A stretch of 64,000 nucleotides of DNA from an uncultured virus (IMG/VR IMGVR_UViG_3300042466_001016) (taxonomy: Duplodnaviria; Heunggongvirae; Uroviricota; Caudoviricetes): IMG/VR virus record IMGVR_UViG_3300042466_001016; one strand, 5' to 3'. The notes beneath the pieces were generated by a model. That model was given only the letters and a program-made list of their open reading frames with translations. It was not told where the DNA came from and ran no database searches. Both the position numbers and the translations under genes were made by a program. Below are positions 8,976 to 16,281 of this stretch, one piece after another; position 1 is the stretch's first letter, and each line of letters begins with the position of its first letter.

Positions 8976-9718
8976 TAGAGGTCTTTTTTGTCAATGCATT
9001 TGTCACAGGCATCTTGTGTTCCGCAATCACAATCGGAATCATAATCACTATCAGCAATAGCCATTTCAATTTTTCTTTTGGGTGGAAGTTCTACCTTTTT
9101 GACCATATTGTTTACTGGTTTGGTTTTTTTATTGGCGAGAATTTGTCTGTTTTTTTCAGCTCTAGTTTCTTCTTCCAACATTTCTTTTTCTTCTTCAGTT
9201 AATTCAATTTGATTTCCATTTTCATCAAGATATCCAGCACCTTTGATTGGTTGTTCTATAGTATCTTCTTCCGAAGTGGTTTCAACATCTATAGGTGTGT
9301 TTACTGGTGTTAACCCCAATTCATCATCAATATCAAAATCATTTAGATTAGGTATCAAATCTTCATCACCAAAAACAAATTTAAGTCTTGAAAGACTTGT
9401 CAATGAATTTCTTTTAAAAATTTCTTTAAGTTCATTAACTTTTTCACGTAAGAGTTCATGTTTTTTTTCTCTTTCTTGGTTAAGTTTGATAACTCGCTCA
9501 ACATATCCTAATAATTCATCAAGACCAACACCCTTGGCATCACTTAAAATCATATGATAGTTCATACTTTCATCACCTTTAATCCTTTTGATGTTGGGTT
9601 CGTCTGGTACTGACCAACCTTCTTTAAAAACAACATCTACAAGAGGTGTTCCTTCCATATAACGGATACCAATAACGTATGGTTGAAGAGAATCTAGTGT
9701 TTTTTGTATTTTTGACAT
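8975..9718 (-). CDS. Hypothetical acidic protein with C-terminal Cys cluster
   Basis: 247-aa ORF ending DCDCGTQDACDKC. Confidence 0.75.
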   Translation of the reverse strand: MSKIQKTLDSLQPYVIGIRYMEGTPLVDVVFKEGWSVPDEPNIKRIKGDESMNYHMILSDAKGVGLDELLGYVERVIKLNQEREKKHELLREKVNELKEIFKRNSLTSLSRLKFVFGDEDLIPNLNDFDIDDELGLTPVNTPIDVETTSEEDTIEQPIKGAGYLDENGNQIELTEEEKEMLEEETRAEKNRQILANKKTKPVNNMVKKVELPPKRKIEMAIADSDYDSDCDCGTQDACDKCIDKKDL

Positions 9719-9724
9719 ATGTTT

Positions 9725-9937
9725 TTAAATTTTTATACCCGTAAAGATTACCGATAAAATATATGCTATTGACACACCTAAATAAAATAGAGATGTACTT
9801 GAAAGCCTGTACTTAATCGGTTGTTCTTCGGTTGATGTTAGAAATGCTTGGGCGAAATAGTATGTGTGTCTTACAGTCGTTAAACACGACAAAAAGAACA
9901 CGAGAATAAGTACTTTGTTTACCATTTCAATTAACAT
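9725..9937 (-). CDS. Small two-TM membrane protein
   Basis: Two hydrophobic helices in 70 aa. Confidence 0.65.
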   Translation of the reverse strand: MLIEMVNKVLILVFFLSCLTTVRHTYYFAQAFLTSTEEQPIKYRLSSTSLFYLGVSIAYILSVIFTGIKI

Positions 9938-9939
9938 AA

Positions 9940-10125
9940 TTAGTCTTTTTTAGTTTCTTTGTTTTTTTCTGAAACGTCTAATCTTAAACTTTGTGCGATT
10001 GCCTTGACATCTTGAAGACCTTTTCTAAGTCTTACACCAGCAGCTTTGTTATCTTTTTCATAGAATTTAGTCGCATCTTCTTCAAGACTGGCAACCAAGT
10101 TTTTTAATTCATTAAAATTTTCCAT
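9940..10125 (-). CDS. Histone H1-like (Hc1-type) small protein
   Basis: LEEDATKFYEKDNKAAGVRLRKGLQDVK..AQ.LR motif of the Bacteroidota histone H1-like family. Confidence 0.8.
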   Translation of the reverse strand: MENFNELKNLVASLEEDATKFYEKDNKAAGVRLRKGLQDVKAIAQSLRLDVSEKNKETKKD

Positions 10126-10136
10126 TTTTAAGTGTT

Positions 10137-10352
10137 TTAATTATCATTATTGTTATTTATTGTTAGCATACCACTAAATTTAGCAATGCTAATTTCAGTC
10201 AAAGAAATTTGATTTAAAAGAGATTTTATTTTATCCACTTTAACCTCAATCTCATTGTCTGAATTAATTACCCTTTCTAACTCTTCTTCATTTTTCATTT
10301 TTTCTGAAGTCAAATCGGATAAGATTATTTTAAATAGTCTATCTGAATTCAT
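10137..10352 (-). CDS. Hypothetical coiled-coil protein
   Basis: 71-aa ORF. Confidence 0.65.
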   Translation of the reverse strand: MNSDRLFKIILSDLTSEKMKNEEELERVINSDNEIEVKVDKIKSLLNQISLTEISIAKFSGMLTINNNNDN

Positions 10353-10402
10353 TTACTAAAACTAATACATTTTATTTTAAAATCAATAGTAAAACCCTTT
10401 TT

Positions 10403-10867
10403 TTATACAATTTTCAATGATTTATCAAAAATCTTATATATTTCAATGAAAGTATCCATATCTGAATTAGTTTTTAATTTATCATAATCAAAAATTTCAC
10501 ACCATAATTTTAGACTAATTTTATCAGTATAATCTATTAGTTTTTTTTCAGATGAATAAAAAACTTCAAGCATATATTCCAAAAAATACATATATAATTT
10601 ATTGCCCTCAAAACAAACCCCCTCTTCAAAAAAATTATCTCTATTTTTATCCCAACACCATTTAAAATGGTTGATTTGTTCTTCAATACTAGTTACTTCA
10701 TCACCCATATACGTATCAAATGCCAATCTTAATAAAGATTGCACAAAATCGCTATAAAGTTCGCATTTTTCGAACTTTATATTATTAGCATCATGGATAA
10801 CCATAATGCTTTCTTTACTCATGGGGTTATTGATGTAGGCCAAAAAATTACGATGTTTGTTGTTCAT
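10403..10867 (-). CDS. Hypothetical protein (start likely MNNKH at 10867)
   Basis: ORF 10403-10903; ATG 10867 lies just downstream of an ATATTTAT motif (10880-10887). Confidence 0.7.
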   Translation of the reverse strand: MNNKHRNFLAYINNPMSKESIMVIHDANNIKFEKCELYSDFVQSLLRLAFDTYMGDEVTSIEEQINHFKWCWDKNRDNFFEEGVCFEGNKLYMYFLEYMLEVFYSSEKKLIDYTDKISLKLWCEIFDYDKLKTNSDMDTFIEIYKIFDKSLKIV

Positions 10868-10913
10868 ATATTTGTAACGATAAATATAAAAAACAAAAGA
10901 CAAAAATAAACAC

Positions 10914-11528
10914 TTAGTGTTTCAACCAGCCGTAATATCTATTTGTTAGTGAAGTTCTTTCTTCTAAACCGTTCTTACCACCATTGATTGCTTTTGTCAT
11001 CGCCAAAATTGTGTCAGCATTAACACCCTTATCAGCGATTTTCCAAAGATTGTTTTTCTCAAAGAAAAACATAGCAGAATCAAATGCGTATTCACCAGAA
11101 ACCAAATCTGGGTTGGTAAGGATTTCTGGTTTTTTAAGATATTCAGAGAAAGCTTTATAGTTATCCTTACCCGTCAATTGCAATGCACCTCTTCCACGAA
11201 ATTTGAACCCTTCTTGTGAAGTTTCATCACCGTTGCCCATTCTGCTTCCGTATACTCTAGATGCAATTTTAACTGGTTGTCTAGCATATGATTCTGATAA
11301 GTTACCAGGAAAATATTTACCAAAGATTGAAACCAAACCACTAGCACTGTAATTAAGGTTTTCGGTAAAGATGGTAAATCCACCTGTTTCATGTGATGTT
11401 TGTCCAAAAAAGTGTGCTGCTCTTTCTGGTGTCATTTTGTAATAAGCAGCAGCTGCTTTTAATGTTGCTGGGCCGAATGCTCCGTCTGGAGTCGCACCAA
11501 TTTTTGCTTGAAGTTCTTTTAAAGCCAT
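10914..11528 (-). CDS. Endolysin, glycoside hydrolase family 19 with short N-terminal peptidoglycan-binding segment
   Basis: LQAKIGATPDGAFGPAT; AHFFGQTSHETGGF..FTENLNYS; FRGRGALQLTGKDNY; TKAINGG.NGLEER. Confidence 0.92.
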   Translation of the reverse strand: MALKELQAKIGATPDGAFGPATLKAAAAYYKMTPERAAHFFGQTSHETGGFTIFTENLNYSASGLVSIFGKYFPGNLSESYARQPVKIASRVYGSRMGNGDETSQEGFKFRGRGALQLTGKDNYKAFSEYLKKPEILTNPDLVSGEYAFDSAMFFFEKNNLWKIADKGVNADTILAMTKAINGGKNGLEERTSLTNRYYGWLKH

Positions 11529-11542
11529 GGTTTTGTTTTTTT

Positions 11543-12226
11543 TTATTTTTGTTCTTTATTTTCGGATGCATATTTAACACCCATTATTGTACCTACTATA
11601 CTAAAAGCGTTGGTTAACAAAATACCAAACATATTGCTCCATGTTGAGCCAATTATTTGTGTTTCTTTTCCACTAAAGATTGCTATTACGTATAAAAAAG
11701 TAGTTGTTATACCGACTCCAATGATAACAAACAAAGCACTTTTAACAATCGTGTTGATGAGTTCATATTGAGTTTTCTTCTGTAAAATATCCAAGTCGTT
11801 TTCAACATTTTTCTTAGCATTTTCAGCATCCAATCTAGCCAACTCGGATTTTTTCATCTCTTCAACAAGTTCTAGACTCATTCTTTGATTATCTTCCTTC
11901 CAAGCTATAAGTTCTCTGTTCTGTAGTTCTATTTGTTCTTTTGAATCTTCAACACTTTTGATAGTGTTTTGTAATTCACCCATCATGCGTTTATTATCAT
12001 CATTCAGTGTCAACAAATCTTTGTTTTGTATTTGAATCTGTTTGGTGATTTCTAAACGTTTTTTTCTCCCTTCTTTGTCTTTACCGATACACTCATCAAC
12101 ATATTTTTTAAATTCTTCATCATTAGAAACATCTAAAAAACGAGTGATGTTACCTTCCAAACCAATGTTTTTTTGTTGGTAAAGGTCTATCAAAAACTTT
12201 TTTGTCTTATCGTCTAAGATAATCAT
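11543..12226 (-). CDS. Coiled-coil protein with two C-terminal TM helices (holin/antiholin or signalling-output candidate)
   Basis: Long heptad region with internal duplication (QIQIQNKDL..DNKRM..EL / QIELQNREL..DNQRM..EL); TMs ALFVIIGVGITTTFLYVIAIF and MFGILLTNAFSIVGTIMGV; lies between RR and endolysin. Confidence 0.6.
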   Translation of the reverse strand: MIILDDKTKKFLIDLYQQKNIGLEGNITRFLDVSNDEEFKKYVDECIGKDKEGRKKRLEITKQIQIQNKDLLTLNDDNKRMMGELQNTIKSVEDSKEQIELQNRELIAWKEDNQRMSLELVEEMKKSELARLDAENAKKNVENDLDILQKKTQYELINTIVKSALFVIIGVGITTTFLYVIAIFSGKETQIIGSTWSNMFGILLTNAFSIVGTIMGVKYASENKEQK

Positions 12227-12660
12227 TACTTATAAATTTTAAACGGTAATGTTCTATTTTTATAACCTTCATAGTCTTTTCTGAATTCTTCTAATCTAGG
12301 TTCAATTTCATCAGATTTGATAATCCAAAATTGTGCACCAGATTGTAAAGCTTTTGTTTGTTCTGTTGGTTCATCAGATGAAGAGATTATACCAACAACA
12401 ACATTGTTTCCGTATTCAAAATTTATTTTACGAATAAGTTCAATACCATCAAAGGAAGAACCTATTATATTTAAGTCCACAAACACACATTCTGGTTTGT
12501 CGGTACTTTTTTCAGTAAACCATTTTTTAAATAGTTTTTCAGCCTCATCAGCACTGTTAAGGGAAGTTAATGAAAGACTTATGTCCAATAATGAACAAGC
12601 GTCTTCAAAAACCAAGTGGAACAAATCTTCATCGTCCACCAATAAAATTGAGTCAATCAT
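12226..12660 (-). CDS. Stand-alone response regulator receiver (CheY-like)
   Basis: ILLVDDE, phosphoacceptor in VFVDLNI, DGIELI, ISSS, conserved Lys in WIIKS; no output domain. Confidence 0.92.
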   Translation of the reverse strand: MIDSILLVDDEDLFHLVFEDACSLLDISLSLTSLNSADEAEKLFKKWFTEKSTDKPECVFVDLNIIGSSFDGIELIRKINFEYGNNVVVGIISSSDEPTEQTKALQSGAQFWIIKSDEIEPRLEEFRKDYEGYKNRTLPFKIYK

Positions 12661-12670
12661 TTTTTAATTT

Positions 12671-14152
12671 TTATTTTATTTTTATTTTCATTTTAGTACC
12701 AATGTCATTTTTTTCACATGATATATTGAACCCATGTTCTTTTAAAATTGCAACGCATATGTTCAACCCTAAACCAGTACCAGATTCTTTTTGACCTTCT
12801 TTTCTAGTATAAGGTTGTGATAAATAATCGAAGTCTTTTTGTGTTATACCTCTACCATTATCTTGTATAATCATATTATCATCTTCAAAATATAATTTAA
12901 CAAATTTGGTATCCGAATCATTATATTTTAAACCATTACGTATTAAATTATCCACCGCTGTGCAGAATAGCGATTCGTTGACTGAAACACTAGGTAATTC
13001 ATCTATTACTACTTGACTTAAGTAAGAAGTTGATTCTAAATAAGATTTTAAAATTTTAGCTAAATCACAATCTGTTTTTGTTAAAATTGCGTTGGGTTTT
13101 ACTAGATTTGTAAATTCATAAACACCCTTGTAAACTTTTTGAGTATGTTTTAAACCCTCTTTAATCATTTTTAAAGGTGCTTCAATTTTAAGTGCTTCAA
13201 TATCTTCTTTTTTAAGTCTTCTTTCCAAAGAACTTACACCTCTTGGCATGTAGGTGTTGATACCAGAATGCATATCGTGACGAAGAATTTTAGCAGCATG
13301 TTCTAGATATGTATTTTTCTTTTCAATTTCTTTTTGCTGGTTGAAACTTTCAGTGATATCAGTGGCAATTTTCATTACCCTATAAGGCTTACCATTAAAA
13401 TCAATAATAGGGTTATAGGTCGCTTGAAGATATATAACAGAACCATCTTTCTTTTTTCTTGTTATTTCCCCACTAAAAAAAACACCATTTATTAAATTTT
13501 TCCAAAAATCTGCATATTCGGTAGATTTGGTGACATCATCTTTCATAAATATACTATGATGTTTACCCACTAATTCATCTTGTGAGTTGTAACCCATAGT
13601 TTTTAAGAATAAATCATTTGCAAAATAAATGTTGCCATCTAAATCAAATTCAATAACCGCATTAGAACGATTAATAGCATTCATTCTATTTGAAATCTCT
13701 ACTTCTTTTCGTTTTAATTCAGTTACATCTTGTCGAATTGACATAAAACCAATAAGTTTACTATTTTCATCAAATTCCCCTTTGATATAAGTGTCTACAT
13801 GATATAATGAACCATCCTTGGCTTTGTTGGTGCAGATAAAATTCCAAATTTTTTTCTCTTTTATGACTGTTTTGTACATTTCATTCCATAGTTCTTTTGG
13901 ATGGATTCCAGAATTAACTATATTGTGGTCTTTACCTAAAACTTCTTTTAAAGTATAACCAGACACTTGTTCAAACTTTTCGTTAACATAAGTGATTTTA
14001 CCATTTTTGTCAGCTTTAGAAACAATTACTGAATTATCAATAAACTTCTCTAAATCTCTTAAGTTTTTTAACTCTATAGAGTTTTTGCTAGAGTCTTTCA
14101 AAAACCCAAATAAAAAAATTATTTTGTTGAAAAATTTTGGTATGACATTCAT
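12671..14152 (-). CDS. Cytoplasmic sensor histidine kinase with two PAS/PAC domains
   Basis: PAS1 (ITYVNEKFEQVSGY..NKAKDGSLY..IRQDVT), PAS2 (ANDLFLKTMGY..GKHHSIF..FWKNL..ATYNPI..ATDIT), H-box LRHDMHS, N-box NLIRNGLKY, G1 DNGRGI, G2 GTGLGL. Confidence 0.95.
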   Translation of the reverse strand: MNVIPKFFNKIIFLFGFLKDSSKNSIELKNLRDLEKFIDNSVIVSKADKNGKITYVNEKFEQVSGYTLKEVLGKDHNIVNSGIHPKELWNEMYKTVIKEKKIWNFICTNKAKDGSLYHVDTYIKGEFDENSKLIGFMSIRQDVTELKRKEVEISNRMNAINRSNAVIEFDLDGNIYFANDLFLKTMGYNSQDELVGKHHSIFMKDDVTKSTEYADFWKNLINGVFFSGEITRKKKDGSVIYLQATYNPIIDFNGKPYRVMKIATDITESFNQQKEIEKKNTYLEHAAKILRHDMHSGINTYMPRGVSSLERRLKKEDIEALKIEAPLKMIKEGLKHTQKVYKGVYEFTNLVKPNAILTKTDCDLAKILKSYLESTSYLSQVVIDELPSVSVNESLFCTAVDNLIRNGLKYNDSDTKFVKLYFEDDNMIIQDNGRGITQKDFDYLSQPYTRKEGQKESGTGLGLNICVAILKEHGFNISCEKNDIGTKMKIKIK

Positions 14153-14189
14153 ATTAACTATTTACTTTTTTGTTTAATAACACTCAAAA

Positions 14190-14199
14190 TATAAATATC
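14190..14199 (-). promoter_or_regulatory. Putative phage (late-type) promoter motif GATATTTATA upstream of kinase-RR-membrane-endolysin unit
   Basis: Same ATATTTAT motif precedes many virion genes; lies between an upstream terminator and the kinase ATG. Confidence 0.55.
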
Positions 14200-14209
14200 A
14201 ACCAAAAAC

Positions 14210-14240
14210 AAAAAAGCCCTCACAAAGTGAAGGCTTTTTA
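14210..14240 (-). terminator. Intrinsic terminator after the 659-aa gene
   Basis: AAAAAGCCCTCAC-AAA-GTGAAGGCTTTT hairpin (one G-U pair on - strand) with A-run on the left. Confidence 0.75.
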
Positions 14241-14260
14241 TTAATTTATTTTTATCTAGG

Positions 14261-16240
14261 TTATTTTTCCATACTTTGAGTAGTGTGAAGTGTTTCACCT
14301 GTTTTTGGGTCGTAATGTGATTCAGCATATTCATCCAAACCAAAATCAGTTTTTTCAAATGAATCATCTTCATAATCAGCAGCAATATTGGCGGCTTCAA
14401 TTTTTTTAATAATCAACGCAGCTTTTTCAGAACCCTTTCTAGACGAATCAGATGCAATTGATAAGTATTCATCTGGAACTTGAAATTTATCATTTTTAAC
14501 GCTTATCCAATATTGGCCACTAGATGGGCTGAATAATAATTTAGCATCGTTCTTTGATGCTCTCTTTGATGGTTTATTTGGTGGTAATGGGATTTGAATA
14601 TCATCTTCATCATCTTCATCATCAATACCAATTGGAATACCTGTTTTTTTGATGTCAGCAACTGTTGGTTCTTTTTCGTTAGAAGAATCATCATCTTCTG
14701 GTTTATTCCAATTATCTTCTTCTTCTTCTTCTTCTTCTTCTTCACCAGATTCTTCAGAACCTTCTTCGATATCATCATAGGTATCATAATCTTCTCCTTC
14801 CCCATCTTCTTCTTCTTCTTCTTCTTCTTCTTCGTCACTTTGATTCCATGGAGAATTAGGGTCATTTTCAGTTCCTGGAGCATAGTTGCTACCGTCACCA
14901 ATTTCTTTGATAGCCATTTTCTTCATATCTTCTTCAATTTCTTTCATCAATTCTTCGTCAGTCATGTTTTCATTCATTTTAACATGTTTTTTGGCTTCTG
15001 GAGCGTGTGACATTTTGGTATCTTCCCAATGTCCTTGTTTAGGAGCTGAAGTTTCAGTTTCCATCTGTTTTTCACCACCAGATACTTCATCCCAGTTACG
15101 TTGTTTAGCTTTATCAGTTGCTTTGGCAGAACCATTAGCCATGTGTTTTTTAGATTCTGGTGCTTGTGACACAGCTTTATCTAAATCCCCTTCTTTGGCT
15201 TTTGGTGCACTCATACCTTTATCAGTAGATGTTTTACCTTGAACATGTTTGGTTGCTTCTGGAGCTTTTTTAGACGTTTCTTCCCAGTTAGATTCTTTAG
15301 CGTTTGTTGATTCAATATCTTCTTCACTTAAAAGTTCTTTTGATTTATTCCAGATATCACCAAAAACTTTGTTTTCATTGATTCTAGCGTTACCCTTAAC
15401 AAGTCCTAAAGTATCTTGAGATTTATAACCAAATAATTCTTTCATTCTTGTTATGTCTTCATTTACCATCTTCTTGTCAGAAGCAGTAAGTACAACAGCT
15501 TTGCCCTCAGAAAGATTACCTTCCCAACGGATTCTATAAGTTTCGTTACCATCAGTCATTTCAAATGTTTTATTATCTACTCTGTAGCCTTCTGGTATTA
15601 ATTTCAAAGCGTTACCTACGCCTTTGAATTCATTTTTAAATTTTAATCTTTTCATAGATTCTTTTATTTGTGGGTTGTTATTATTTGTTTTGTTATTTTC
15701 TTCGATAGCATACGGTCTATGACCAGTATCTTTTAAATCAGCTTGAATGTCACGACCTCTTAAATTAAGTGTAGGTGTTTCTTCACTTCTCTTATTAGTT
15801 GATGCTTTGATTCTTTTAACCAAGTTTTTACCGAAATCATCTGAAGATGCGCCCCAAGTTGCTTGAGCGTTTCCAATACCACCTTGATTACCCATTTTTG
15901 CACTACCTTCAATAGCTTCAAAGGCTCTTTCTACATAACGAGAATCTGGTTTGCTATCATATTGAAGCATTTCTTGACCATTCATGATTTCCATTTCATC
16001 ATGATAAGTTTTTTCAAATTTATCATCGTAGCTATATTTGTTAGGGGCCATTTTAGACGTATCTTTGTCTTGTTTAAGACTCTTATTATAAGCAATAGAA
16101 TCTTTTTCAACAGCCTTGACACCATCTTTATTAACCTTTGCATTGTCTTTTTTTACTTTGTTGGTTACACTGATTCCAGGTGTAACTTCTTCAGATAAAA
16201 ATCGTTTGCTTAAGTGGTCTTTTATTATTTTCTTGTCCAT
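14261..16240 (-). CDS. Large acidic, repeat-rich protein, probable head-associated/internal protein
   Basis: Many [IL]xE motifs, W[ED]..APE.KKH repeats, poly-Glu tracts, ATATTTAT motif upstream. Confidence 0.7.
   Translation of the reverse strand: MDKKIIKDHLSKRFLSEEVTPGISVTNKVKKDNAKVNKDGVKAVEKDSIAYNKSLKQDKDTSKMAPNKYSYDDKFEKTYHDEMEIMNGQEMLQYDSKPDSRYVERAFEAIEGSAKMGNQGGIGNAQATWGASSDDFGKNLVKRIKASTNKRSEETPTLNLRGRDIQADLKDTGHRPYAIEENNKTNNNNPQIKESMKRLKFKNEFKGVGNALKLIPEGYRVDNKTFEMTDGNETYRIRWEGNLSEGKAVVLTASDKKMVNEDITRMKELFGYKSQDTLGLVKGNARINENKVFGDIWNKSKELLSEEDIESTNAKESNWEETSKKAPEATKHVQGKTSTDKGMSAPKAKEGDLDKAVSQAPESKKHMANGSAKATDKAKQRNWDEVSGGEKQMETETSAPKQGHWEDTKMSHAPEAKKHVKMNENMTDEELMKEIEEDMKKMAIKEIGDGSNYAPGTENDPNSPWNQSDEEEEEEEEEDGEGEDYDTYDDIEEGSEESGEEEEEEEEEDNWNKPEDDDSSNEKEPTVADIKKTGIPIGIDDEDDEDDIQIPLPPNKPSKRASKNDAKLLFSPSSGQYWISVKNDKFQVPDEYLSIASDSSRKGSEKAALIIKKIEAANIAADYEDDSFEKTDFGLDEYAESHYDPKTGETLHTTQSMEK
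14840..14872. repeat. 33-bp exact repeat, copy 1 (copy 2 at 18499-18531)
   Basis: TTGATTCCATGGAGAATTAGGGTCATTTTCAGT, encoding TENDPNSPWNQ in both genes. Confidence 0.9.
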
Positions 16241-16281
16241 TTTTATTTATTTATTTATAAATATCTTAGTTTTGGATAAAG

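Noticed and set aside
10867..10874. Plus-strand TATATTTG as an antisense promoter into the endolysin gene
   Set aside because: No TTG at the 19-20 nt spacing; it overlaps a start codon in AT-rich DNA and is likely chance.
106..14152. Bacterial chromosome segment or chimeric assembly (clpP, dnaJ, rnhB, two-component genes)
   Set aside because: These genes are interleaved with phage-type genes, share the same promoter motifs and similar apparent base composition, and lack normal bacterial neighbours such as clpX, tig or grpE; read-level confirmation was not possible.
14503..15242. Alternative-frame ORFs with poly-Lys, poly-Phe or poly-Ser
   Set aside because: Shadows of the GAA repeats in the 659-aa gene.
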